The position numbers and the translations under genes are program-made. The notes beneath the pieces were generated by a model, which was not told the origin of the DNA, searched no databases, and saw only the letters and a list, made by a program, of their open reading frames with translations. Positions 1 through 11,179 of a stretch of DNA of 64,000 nucleotides are shown here, in pieces (the stretch's first letter is position 1; each line of letters starts with the position of its first letter). Source of the DNA: Octopus sinensis (taxonomy: Eukaryota). The stretch lies in NCBI RefSeq assembly GCF_006345805.1, contig NC_042997.1, positions 210,242,001 to 210,306,000 on the forward strand. The letters are read 5' to 3'.

Positions 1-664
1 AAGGGGTAGAAAGGGATGGTTTGACTGGGGTCATCGTTCAATGATGATGATGAAAGGGGTAGAAAGGGATGGTTTGACTGGGGTCATCGTTCAATGATGA
101 TGAATAAAGGGGTAGAAAGGGATGGTTTGACTGGGGTCATCGTTCAATGATGATGATGAAAGGGGTAGAAAGGGATGGTTTGACTGGGGTCATCGTTCAA
201 TGATGATGATGAAAGGGGTAGAAAGGGATGGTTTGACTGGGGTCATCGTTCAATGATGATGATGAAAGGGGTAGAAAGGGATGGTTTGACTGGGGTCATC
301 GTTCAATGATGATGATGAAAGGGGTAGAAAGGGATGGTTTGACTGGGGTCATCGTTCAATGATGATGATGAAAGGGGTAGAAAGGGATGGTTTGACTGGG
401 GTCATTGTTCAATGATGATGAAAGGGGTAGAAAGGGACGGTTTGACTGGGGTCATCGTTCAATGATGATGAATAAAGGGGTAGAAAGGGATGGTTTGACT
501 GGGGTCATCGTTCAATGATGATGATGAAAGGGGTAGAAAGGGATGGTTTGACTGGGGTCATTGTTCAATGATGATGATGAAAGGGGTAGAAAGGGATGGT
601 TTGACTGGGGTCATCATTCAATGATGATGATGAAAGGGGTAGAAAGGGATGGTTTGACTGGGGT
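1..664. repeat. 53-bp tandem satellite (12 full units plus a partial 13th) running into an RTE-LINE 3' tail copy
   Basis: Unit AAGGGGTAGAAAGGGATGGTTTGACTGGGGTCATCGTTCAATGATGATGATGA starts at 1, 54, 107, 160, 213, 266, 319, 372, 422, 475, 528, 581 and 634. The last unit continues into ...GCAAGCCAGGAGGGTGCACCAGGCTCC...CTACAGCTGGATGCCCTTCC. Confidence 0.95.
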
Positions 665-995
665 CTTGCAAGCCAGGAGGGTGCACCAGGCTCCAATCTT
701 GATCTGGCAGTGTTTCTACAGCTGGATGCCCTTCCTAATGCCAACCACTCTGAGAGTGTAGTGGGTGCTTTTTATGTGCCACCGGCACTATTGAAGTTTC
801 CACACACTTAACAGGATTGTGAACCTTGCTTCATGCTGGGGTGCAAGGGGTGGGCAGAGCAGTTGTATGTCTACCCTCATTTATTGTGGGGGGCAAAAGT
901 AGGTAGAGAGAAAGAAAACTGATGGGTAGGAGCTGCAAAACAGATAATGGTGACCAGGTGACCCCACAAGATGTGTAGAAGTGAATGGGTGGGAA

Positions 996-1195
996 GGTGG
1001 CGAGCTGGCAGAATCGTTAGCACGCTGGGCGAAATGCTCAGCAGTATTTCATCTGTCTTAATGTTCTGAGGTCAACTTTGCCTTTCATCCTTTCAGGGTC
1101 GATAAATTAAGTACCAGTTGCATACTGGGGTCAATCTAATCGACAGTCCCCCCCCTCCCAATTTTTTAAAGTTTCGGGCCTTGTGCCTAGAGTGG
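996..1195 (+). mobile_element. tRNA-derived SINE, family B (representative copy)
   Basis: Head GGTGGCGAGCTGGCAGAATCGTTAGCAC, central GCCTTTCATCCTTTC(A/G)GGGTCGATAAATTAAGTACC. At least 10 related copies in the window. Confidence 0.8.
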
Positions 1196-2492
1196 GAGAA
1201 GGAGTGGATGGGTAGGAGGCAGGCTGCCAAAATGGGTATGGGTGGGTGAACAAAAAAAAACAACCCCATGAGTCAGGGAGGGGGGAAATAGAAGGATGCA
1301 GAATAGTGGGAGCAATGAGTAGCAGGAAGAGTAAAGAAGATAGGGTCACTGGGGGATGGGGAGAGGCAGGATTGAAAGGGAATTTGTGATTGTATCTTGT
1401 GTAAGAGCCTTTCTTCCTCCCTCATCAGCAATCATCTAGCTGGTTTCTCTCTCATTCACCTCCATTTCTCCACCTTCTACATGCTCAATTCAGCCATTCT
1501 TCCCCCACCCGGTTCCCACCCTGTAAGTTCCTCTCGTTCTGTTTGGTCTCACACACACATTTGTAGTAATGGAGGCGTATTGTCTGATATGACAGAGCCA
1601 CTGGCACAATAAAATGCAACCGAGCGGTTGGCAAAAATTAAAACTTTCTTTTAAAATTTCATGTTAATTTATGTTAATTTATGCTCCAAACACCAGCTTG
1701 ATAAAAGACGATTATTTTACTTAATTCTTTGTTATTTTCAAGATTAATTGAACCATTATCATCATCGTTTAATGTCTGTTGTCCAAGTGGCATGGATTGG
1801 ACAGTTTGACAGGAACTGGTCAGGATGAAGACTGCACCAGACTTCTGTGACTGTTTTAGCATGGTTTTTACAGCTGGATGCCTTTCCTAACACCAGCGAC
1901 CCCAGCAGAGAGGACTGAAGGGAGAGGCAATGTGTTTTCACTGAAATATGGTAACAGAAGATTTCAGAGGTCTGTTTTGTCTTGCCAAGGACAAGAGGTC
2001 TGTTTTGTCTTGCCAAGGATAGTGTTGGTGCCATGGTACAATACATCCAATTGACACATGGTGTGTTTGGTGTTAGGAAGGACATCCAGCTGTAGAAACC
2101 ATACCAAACATGAAGCGTAAGAGTGAGATGTGGTCCTTCAATCCATTAAGAAGGATCGAATAAGAACTGATCTGGATCATGCCATGCCATCCCGCATCTT
2201 GCCTGTACACATAAAATGATGATGATGATAAATTTTGTAAATTATGATAAATTATGTAAATTACATGTAATTTATGTAAATTCTAAATATTTTTGCATAA
2301 TCACAATAAACTAAACATTTCAAAATTAAAAAATGAAAATCCAATATAAAATAAAATATGAGACTCTGTTATTTTAAACTCTTTTCCTGTCATCATCTTT
2401 GATATTATTGTTCTCCTCACTTCACTATTGACATCATCATCATCATCATCACTGCTCTCTTTGGCATAATTAATTTTCAAATGTCTCCTCAG

Positions 2493-2629
2493 ATAAACAC
2501 AGATGAATTATATGTGGGTGCTTCCCTCTATGTCTACGAGAAGGATGGTGATTCTGTACACCCTATCCGCTACGAAGGAAGGATAAAAGATTTGAATTCA
2601 GACTTTGCTACACTTGAATTCCCTAAAAA
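2493..2629 (+). CDS. MOV10: MOV10/Armitage-like helicase, first coding exon visible in the window (gene continues upstream)
   Basis: ctcctcag| ... |gtaagt. Translates INTDELYVGASLYVYEKDGDSVHPIRYEGRIKDLNSDFATLEFPK, resembling the MOV10 pre-helicase beta-barrel (YKGFVHKVELDRVKLSF). Phase 0 to 2. Confidence 0.8.
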
Positions 2630-3054
2630 GTAAGTTCGTTCTTTCTGTTTTGGAGTTTGGAATGCCATTTAGCAGCAGATAACTGGTTGGTCACATCGGG
2701 AGAGGCTGGTTTTTTTAGAAGTGCGACTGATTCTCACTGAAATTACTGTGCAGCATTTTGTAAAGTGACAAATTGGATAATGTAGTCCTAGATAGACAAT
2801 GCATGAAAGGAGGACAGAATGGTCAGGATTGAGGAAACAACTGCTTCTTCACAAACTAAGAAGTTTGTTTCTCAGCCAACAGGTTTGAGGTTCAATCCTG
2901 CTGTGCAGCATTCTGGCTGCCTTTTACCATAGCCCGAGGCCAAACAAAGCCTTATCATTAGATTTGGTTGAGAGAAACTGAAGGAAGTGTCTGTGTAGTG
3001 AAAAGTTTCAAGGACCAAAAACTGTTTTTCTCCGTTTGGTGAATTGATATACAT

Positions 3055-3560
3055 GAATGTCTTTTGGACTGAATAGCGACTGGTGACAAGAAATGGGTTC
3101 TCTATAAAAATGTCAAGTACTGAAGACAGTGGGCAGGGAAAGGAGAAAGATCGATACCCCAGGAGAAAAAAGGTCTTCACCCATATAAGGTGCTGTTATC
3201 AGTTTGGTGAGATATGAAAGGTTTAGTCCACTTTGAACTTTTAAAGCCAAACCAAACGATAATGAAGAGATCTACAGTGAGAAGCTTGAGCAGTTTAAGT
3301 CAGCACTAGAAGAACAACGACCATCTTTGGTTTCAAGACGAAAGGTGTTCTTCCATCAGGATAATGTTTGGCCACATACAGCAAGAATGACATTCCAAAG
3401 GCTGGAGCAGTTTGAATGGGAAACGATGCCCCACCCACCATATTCGTCAGACATTGCTCCATCTGATTATCATTTGGACGGTAAAAATGTGAATTCTGTA
3501 GACGGGGTCAGAACAGTACTGGAGGAATATTTTTCATCACAGACAAGTGAATTTTGGATA
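3055..3560 (+). mobile_element. decayed mariner (DD34D-type) transposase, catalytic part
   Basis: TGDKKWVLYKN, FHQDN..PH, HPPYSSDIAPSDYHL motifs, with stops and frameshifts. Confidence 0.9.
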
Positions 3561-4110
3561 ATAAGTTCTGAGGTGAATTTGTTCAACTAAAACATAATTC
3601 TCTCCACTCATACTTAACACTCATCATCATTTAACATCCGCTTTCCAGTCTGATCTGGCAATGTTTCTACAGCTGGATGCCCTTCCTAATGCCAACCACT
3701 CCGTGAGTGTAGTGAGTGCTTTTTACGTGCCACCAGCATGTAAAAAGAGGAGGCTGGTGGTGGCCACAATCGGTCAATGCTTTTTATGTGCCATATGAAT
3801 ATATGTATATAGTGGTGTGCCTGTCCCACCACCACCACCATTGCTTTGCAACCAATGTTGGTGTGTCTACATCCCCTTAACCTAGCAGTTCAGCAAAAAG
3901 GGACCAATAAAATAAATACTTGGCTTACAAAGAATAAGTCCTGGGTTCAATTTGTTTGACTAAGGCGTTGCTCCAGCATGGCCACAGTTAAATGACTGAA
4001 ACTAGTAAAAGAAAAACAGAATATAAAAATGCTTCACACCTTCCACAACCACTCTCCGTATTTTGATAAAACTGTTTTTATAATTGCTGTTTCTGTCTCC
4101 TCCTCCACAG

Positions 4111-4284
4111 ATTTCTCCGGATATTCGATCCAGATAAGGAATTTTATCTCCATTATCAACCGACCAATTTTAATGCTTTCATGATGCACGCAGCACTGGA
4201 TTTGATAGGAAGAGAAAATTTCGAAGATGTGATATTTCCAAAAGGGATAATTCACAAAAACCATGAAGATTCCTTGAAATTAAA
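4111..4284 (+). CDS. MOV10: MOV10-like helicase exon
   Basis: ctcctccacag| ... |gtaagt, phase 2 to 2. FLRIFDPDKEFYLHYQPTNFNAFMMHAALDLIGRENFEDVIFPKG aligns by eye to MOV10 FKVNFTFNRQPLRVQHRALEL...LFP. Confidence 0.85.
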
Positions 4285-4918
4285 GTAAGTCTTTTTATTT
4301 TGAGAATGTTATGTGTCGATCTGGGCCGTGGAGTCAAACAATTAAGGGGTAACTGGAGTCGGTAAAACTATACCGACTCTGACTCCCAATGTTTTTGTTC
4401 ATTAATATAAACCAGTTATAAGATGTAGGCTTATTCAAAGTACGAGCATATGCACATGCTTTATGAGATATGAAGACCACAATCATTTATTTGCATAAAG
4501 AGGAGTCAGAGGTGCCAAAAGTAGGGGAGTCAGTCAGAGGTGCCAAAAGTAGGGGAGTCAGAGTCAAAGGAGCCAAAAGTAGGGGAGTCAGAGAGAACAT
4601 TCTACAGTTTTCCTTTTTTAATTGGTGGTTCTGATTCTAATTGGGTTTAGCTGTTGCTCTTGCCACCAACTTACTGTTGGTCAAATGGCCAGAGTAGAGA
4701 ACCTCTTGACATCTCTTTCCTCTTCTCTTACCAGTGCTACACCCATGTCCTATGCTGATGCGACAGAAAAAGCACCCAGCACCTCCTGTAAAGTGGTTGG
4801 CGTTAGGAAGGGCATCCAACCTTAGAAACCACGCCAAATGCAGTCTGCTGCATCTCTATGGTTTACCATTTCCTGTCAAACTGTCCATTCTATGCCAGCA
4901 TGGAAAAATAGACATTAA

Positions 4919-5132
4919 GCCTTTTGTTACTGCTTTTATTTTGAGATGCTCTGTTCAATTATTTGAAATATAACAAAGAATTTAGTAAAATGACTTCATT
5001 ATCATTAAACGAGTGTTAGGAACATAAATTGTGACTAAGGTTTGGTGGAAGATTTTTATTCAAAACTTTTGAAAACAGGAAATTTGTACTACAGAGCCAG
5101 AGGTGGTTTCAGCCAGGTTGGTATTGAAATGG
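4919..5132 (-). mobile_element. piggyBac-type MITE, family 1
   Basis: TTAA on both sides, degenerate CCCTTT(T)GTTAC-type TIRs; interior matches 20786-21005 in reverse. Confidence 0.7.
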
Positions 5133-6047
5133 TTAAATAGTGATGATGATGGCCACATCCAAGATTGTTGGTCCAACTGTTAATAGCTACAACAACAACA
5201 ACAACTTTCACATATTCTTATCTTTCTCTTTTAGAAAAGCTGTTTTCTGGTCTGATTAAGGTTTTGGCAATGATAATGGTCCTCACTTGTTAATGGATTA
5301 GAAACGTGGTTACTAATCTTGCCTAAAATTGGTACCAGAAGAAGCCCTCTCAGAAGGGTTTTACAGACCCAGTGAACATATTTATTGCTTCCATAGTTTA
5401 ATAATGACCAACAGGTGCAGGTTTAGCTTTGTGGTAAGAAGTTTGCTTCCCAGCCAAGTGATTCTGGGTTCAACCCCACTGTGTGGCACCTTAGGCAAGT
5501 GTCTTCTGCTATTGGGTCAACAAAAGCCTTGGGAGAGGATTTGGTGGGTGGAAACTGAAAGAAGCCCATTTTGTGTATTTGTGTTTGTACCCAACACTGC
5601 TTGATTACTGATGCTGGTGTGTTTACATCTCCATAACTTAGCAGTTCAACAAAAGAGACCGATTGAATAAGTACAAAGTATAAACCCTGGAGTCAATTTG
5701 CTCGACTAGAGGCGTTGCTCCCGCATGGCCACAGTCAAATTACTGAAACAAGTAAAAGAATAAAAGAGGTGGTGCTCCAGCATGGAGCAGTCTAATAAGT
5801 GGGACGAGTAAATGATAGAATTATTATACCTTGCTCCAAAGAGCTTTTGGCCAGATTAGAATACTGACCCCAGCTGAAGGGCCGTGGTCACCTTGGTATA
5901 CTGTCAGTGAGTGTTCTCAAATGGCAGTTCCCCTTTTTTGATGAAGAAATGGCAAGTCTGGCCCAAGCAAACAAGGACACACTACAGTCTGTCACTCATC
6001 ATACATTCATATGTATACATATGCATACACACACTTGTATGAATATA

Positions 6048-6404
6048 TCTTTATATATAAATACGATTTAGATTCCTAACTACTCCCACATTTTGCGGTG
6101 CAGTGTAACCAAAACCGGGTATCTTATAGTCATGATTCATATCGAGCCCTTCTAGGTATTAGCGCACGTCTACGATTTAAAAAAAAATTTACCATCAATT
6201 TTTCCCATTTTTAATGCATTTTTGGCATATATAAGGGAAGTACCTCTCTAAAAATTTATTATTAAATCTCAGAACGTAAAAAGCTATGGTAACACCCCCC
6301 CCCCCTTTGTGGTTAGCCGTATTGAGATGGCTATTTACATCTCTAAAAATGCTTATATAGTTATTTCCCTTACAAACCCGAGCAATGCCGGGCGATACTG
6401 CTAG
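6048..6404 (+). mobile_element. non-autonomous Helitron, family 1
   Basis: A|TCTTTATATATAAA 5' end, subterminal hairpin CCCGAGCAATGCCGGG, CTAG|T 3' end. Confidence 0.85.
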
Positions 6405-6449
6405 TTGTTATATATATGTGTGTGTGTGTGTAGTTCACGGGGTAAGCAA

Positions 6450-7015
6450 ACATTTAGATTCAGATGAATGAGGTACTTAAGCTGAGGCACCAGAATTTAG
6501 TACGGTAAATCGATACAGTTTCAAAATAAGCAACAGGACATCCAGAGGTAATGCAGTACGATCGTTTCAAGCAACTCCTTTTAATTGAACAATGCAATCA
6601 TTGCATCAATTGAAATGCAGAGCAATCCTCAGCTGCATAAAGACATATAGAATTTAATTAAATTAAAACAGATGGACACATTAGTATAATTTTACCTAAA
6701 ACCTCCAAGAAGGTAAGGAGATAGACAGAGAACATGCTGTTTTCACTTCAGCTTAGAAGTTACTAAGGTATGAGGAAGAAAGACTTGTTAGGGATCTAAC
6801 TTGCCACTATTTTTTGGGGTCAGTTTTAATTTATAGTCTTGCTTATCAAATCTTTCTATATCAAAATCTAAGGCCAAAGAACAAGGAGCAGTGTCTGTTA
6901 GGAAAGGGGCCGAGGATTGATCTGCATTTAAATTGATGTAATGGTTGCATTGTTCAATTAAAAGGAGTTGCATGAAATGATTGTACTGCATTACCTCTGG
7001 ATATCCTGTTGCTTA
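6450..7015. repeat. Penelope-like terminal-repeat fragment with a ~110-bp inverted duplicate
   Basis: 6525-6635 is the reverse complement of about 6905-7015. 6450-6580 is also similar to 28970-29130. The Penelope assignment is inference. Confidence 0.55.
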
Positions 7016-7287
7016 TATATATATATGTGTGTGTGTATGTATATATATATACATACTTTTATTCTTTTATTTGTATCAGTCATTAGACTGCAACCATGCT
7101 GGAGCATTGCTTTGAAGAAGCTTTAATCAAATAAATTGACCCCAGGACTTATTTTTTTAAGCCTGACACTTATTCTGTCAGTTTCTAATGTTGAACCACT
7201 AAGTTAAAGGATATGGACTTGCATGCATGGTAAGTTAGAGATAATTTTCAGCAGTTCCTTTTATTATTATTATTATTATTATTTCAG

Positions 7288-7435
7288 CTTTTTTAACAAA
7301 CAAATGAATGATAACAAGGAACAGGAAATGGCTGTCCAGCAAATTTTTTCAAAAAAGGATTGTCGAGCTCCTTTCATTGTCTTTGGTCCTCCTGGAACTG
7401 GTAAAACAACTACCATTTTGGAAGCTATTAAGCAA
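7288..7435 (+). CDS. MOV10: MOV10-like helicase exon with Q motif and Walker A
   Basis: atttcag| ... |gtaagc, phase 2 to 0. [13 protein letters not shown]...[23 protein letters not shown]. Confidence 0.95.
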
Positions 7436-7699
7436 GTAAGCTAATTTCTGTTCTTTTCATTGAGTGTGGTGGGTACTGATCTGCCAGAGCCAGCAGCTAA
7501 ATCACCTTCCATCTGGGAACAGATGAAGACTGTATTAGAGAATGTCTGTGTAGATCAACATTAATTGGGGAAATTGTCAAATGAAATTCCAATCTGTGAT
7601 CTTGGGTATTTTAACATTGTTGCATAATTGACACAAATGGACGGTGTTTGTGTATGTATTATATATATATATATATAAACACATAAAAAATTATAAATT

Positions 7700-8110
7700 A
7701 GGGTATCTATGAGATACGACCATGCTGAAAATAGCAGCCATGAACCAACTCTAAAGCTACCTTAAGTTTTCATATAACAACATGAAGAAAGGACAGGAAG
7801 ACAAGATGAAACTAGTAAAGAAAAAATACTTGCATATACGTTCGTATATGCAAGTATTCGTATGTTATATTTATATATATATATATATATATATATGTAT
7901 TTATGTTTCTTTCTGAGTGTATTCTACTGACGAGGCAAAGCATTCCTAAATGCAAAGCCAGAAATCCGGGATCTAAGATTATCCAGTAATTTTTAGTTTC
8001 ATCTTGTCTCTCTGTCTTTTCTCCATGTTGCTATATGAAAACTTAAAGTGGCTTTAGAGTCAGTTCATGGCTGCTATTTTCAGCATGGTGGTATCTCGTA
8101 AATACCCTAA
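7700..8110. repeat. fold-back repeat (Penelope-like inverted terminal repeats) with an internal perfect hairpin
   Basis: 7700-7820 is inverted relative to 7990-8110. Perfect 16-bp stem with TT loop at 7825-7858. Confidence 0.75.
7921..7979 (+). ncRNA. hammerhead-ribozyme-like motif (minimal, Penelope-type), one extra A before GAAA
   Basis: attcta-CTGACGA-GGC aaa GCATT ccta AATGC aaa GCC-a-GAAA-TCCGGGA-TC-taagat: core boxes plus three potential helices. Confidence 0.55.
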
Positions 8111-8234
8111 TTTATAATTTTAATAATTATTACCTTTGAAGGTTATTTTTTCCATGCTGACCACTTGATAAGTTCGTTGTTTTATTTTAAATTAACGATC
8201 TTATCCTTATTTATATAAATTTATTTATATATAT

Positions 8235-8780
8235 ATCATTATTGTTGTTGTTTAACATCTGCTTTCCATGCTAGCATGAGTTGGACAGATTGACTGAAGA
8301 CAGGCAAGCCACAAGGCTGTACCAGACTCCAATCTGATCTGGTAGTGTTTCTACAGCTGGATGCCCATCCTAATGCCCACCACTTCGAGAGTGTAGTGGG
8401 TGCTATTTACTTACCACCGGCATGGGAGCCAGTCAAAGGGTACTGGCATCAGCCATGTTCGGATGGTGCTTTTTACGTGCCACCGGCACAGGAGCCAGTC
8501 AAGGGGTACTGGCATCAGCCATGTTCGGATGGTGCTTTTTACGTGCCACCGGCACAGGAGCCAGTCAAGGGGTACTGGCATCAGCCATGTTCGGATGGTG
8601 CTTTTTACGTGCCACCAGCACAGGAGCCAGTCAGGTGGACCTGGCAAAGACCACGCTCGAATGGTGCTTTTTATGGGAGCCAGTCAAGGGACACTGGTAT
8701 CGACCACGTTCAGATGATGCATTCTGCGTGCCACTGGAACGGGAGCCATTTGGGGGCACTGGCCACGGCTGTGATTTTTG
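8235..8780 (-). mobile_element. 5'-truncated RTE-LINE 3' UTR copy with 3-4 tandem 66-bp modules
   Basis: Shared tail CTACAGCTGGATGCCC...; the 66-bp unit repeats nearly perfectly and produces the spurious 22-aa repeat ORF GAFYVPPAQEPVKGYWHQPCSD. Confidence 0.8.
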
Positions 8781-9099
8781 TGTATATATATGGAACTGCA
8801 TTAATGTTGAGAGATCATGCTGATACACTCTTTTGACTGTGTGTTATTTTTGAAGTTCCTTCCATCCGAAATAAACTGGGCTTGGCCTGTGTGGCACTTG
8901 TGCAAGTTTTTTCTACTCTAACCTCTGGACAATCAAAGCTCTGTGAGTGTACTTAAAACTTGAAAGAATCCCTGGACAGTTGCATCAAGAGGTGCCAGAC
9001 TCTAATTGTAAGGGGCAGTGGTGGTTCATAGATAAAATTAGTGGGGGGTGTTGCGTCAGAAAATTTTTTCCGTTGTTTTAATTGTTGTGCAAAAGGAAA

Positions 9100-10747
9100 T
9101 CTTTATATATAAAAGTGAGGTTGTGTGATGTCTGTCTCCTACGATTTAGATTCCTAACTACTCCCACATTTTGCGGTGCAGTTTAACCAAAACCGGGTAT
9201 CTTATAGTCGTGATTCATATCGAGCCCTTCTGGGTATTAGCATGAGTCTACGATTTAAAAAAAAATTTACCATCTTTTTTTCCTATTTTAATGCATTTTT
9301 CGCTATTATATAAGGGAAGTAACTCTAAAAATGTCTACGATGGATCAACGATTTAAAAAAAAATTTACCATTATTTTTTTTCATTTTCAATGCATTTTTT
9401 TTGCTATAACTCTCTAAAAATGCTCATATAGTTATTTCCCTTACAAACCCGAGCAACGCCGAGCGATACTGCTAGTTATATATAAAAGTGAGGTTGTATG
9501 CTGTCTGTCTCCTACGATTTAGATTCCTAACTACTCCCACATTTTGCGGTGCAGTTTAACCAAAACCGGGTATCTTATAGTCGTGATTCATATCGAGCCT
9601 TCTGGGTATTAGCGCGCGTCTACGATGAGTCTACGATTTAAAAAAAATTTACCATCTTTTTTTCCTATTTTAATGCATTTTTTCGCTATTATATAAGGGA
9701 AGTAACTCTAAAAATGTCTACGATGGATCAACGATTTAAAAAAAAATTTACCATCTTTTTTTCCTATTTTAATGCATTTTTCGCTATTATATAAGGGAAG
9801 TAACTCTAAAAATGTCTACGATGGATCAACGATTTAAAAAAAAATTTACCATTATTTTTTTTCATTTTCAATGCATTTTTTTTGCTATAACTCTCTAAAA
9901 ATGCTCATATAGTTATTTCCCTTACAAACCCGAGCAACGCCGAGCGATACTGCTAGTTATATATAAAAGTGAGGTTGTATGCTGTCTGTCTCCTACGATT
10001 TAGATTCCTAACTACTCCCACATTTTGCGGTGCAGTTTAACCAAAACCGGGTATCTTATAGTCGTGATTCATATCGAGCCCTTCTGGGTATTAGCGCGCG
10101 TCTACGATGAGTCTACGATTTAAAAAAAAATTTACCATCTTTTTTTCCTATTTTAATGCATTTTTTCGCTATTATATAAGGGAAGTAACTCTAAAAATGT
10201 CTACGATGGATCAACGATTTAAAAAAAAATTTACCATTATTTTTTTTCCCATTTTTAATGCATTTTTTTTGCTATTTTTTTGCTATAACTCTCTAAAAAT
10301 GCTCATATAGTTATTTCCCTTACAAACCCGAGCAACGCCGGGCGATACTGCTAGTATATATATAAAAGTGAGGTTGTATGCTGTCTGTCTCCTACGATTT
10401 AGATTCCTAACTACTCCCACATTTTGCGGTGCAGTTTAACCAAAACCGGGTATCTTATAGTCATCATTCATATCGAGCCCTTCTGGGTATTAGCACGCGT
10501 CTACGATGAGTCTATGATTTAAAAAAAATTTACCATCAATTTTTCCCATTTTAATGCATTTTTGGCATATATAAGGGAAGTAACTCTCTAAAAATTTATT
10601 ATTATATCTCAGAATGTAAAAAGCTACAGTAACACCCCCCCCTTTGTGGTTAGCCATATTGAGATGGCTATTATACTTTACATCTCTAAAAATGCTTATA
10701 TAGTTATTTCCCTTACAAACCCGAGCAACGCCGGGCGATACTGCTAG
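9100..10747 (+). mobile_element. four head-to-tail non-autonomous Helitron copies
   Basis: Units 9100-9475, 9476-9956, 9957-10354 and 10355-10747, each ending CCCGAGCAACGCC(G/A)GGCGATACTGCTAG. Only the first has the A|TC start. Confidence 0.9.
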
Positions 10748-11005
10748 TGTTATATAAAAATACACATCTACCGTTCAATTAACAGCTATTGCAGCAATTA
10801 CAAGGTTGTAAGGTTTTTACAATTTGCTTATATTTGGTTAATTTACTCTACATACAAAAATATAGACATATATACTAAATATATACAACTTCTTACAAAA
10901 ATAGAGATTAATATACATTTTTTTCTATGTTCATAATTTTTTGTTTCAGATATTGAACTCCACTCCCATCATCACCATCCTCACTTTATTCTTTATTTGA
11001 ACCAG

Positions 11006-11179
11006 GTTTACACTATGAAGAAGGATGCCAAGATCCTGGTCTGTGCTCCGTTTAATAAACATGTTGATGAAATAACCATGAAGTTGATGGAATTTATTCC
11101 AAAAGCAGAACACAAAAAGACCCTTCACAGGTGCTACGCCTCAACCTACGATCCTTCTGAAATTCCTAAGAAAATTAAG
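11006..11179 (+). CDS. MOV10: MOV10-like helicase exon with motif Ia
   Basis: gaaccag| ... |gtaagg, phase 0 to 0. VYTMKKDAKILVCAPFNKHVDEITMKL...HRCYAS. Confidence 0.9.

Noticed and set aside
1-664. CRISPR-like regular array
   Set aside because: There are no unique spacers, the context is eukaryotic, and it is a simple tandem repeat.
8345-8836. Overlapping ORFs with repeats such as GAFYVPPAQEPV and MVLFTCHRH (many more across the window)
   Set aside because: They are translations of the non-coding LINE 3'-UTR module, occur in several frames and on both strands, and are not genes.
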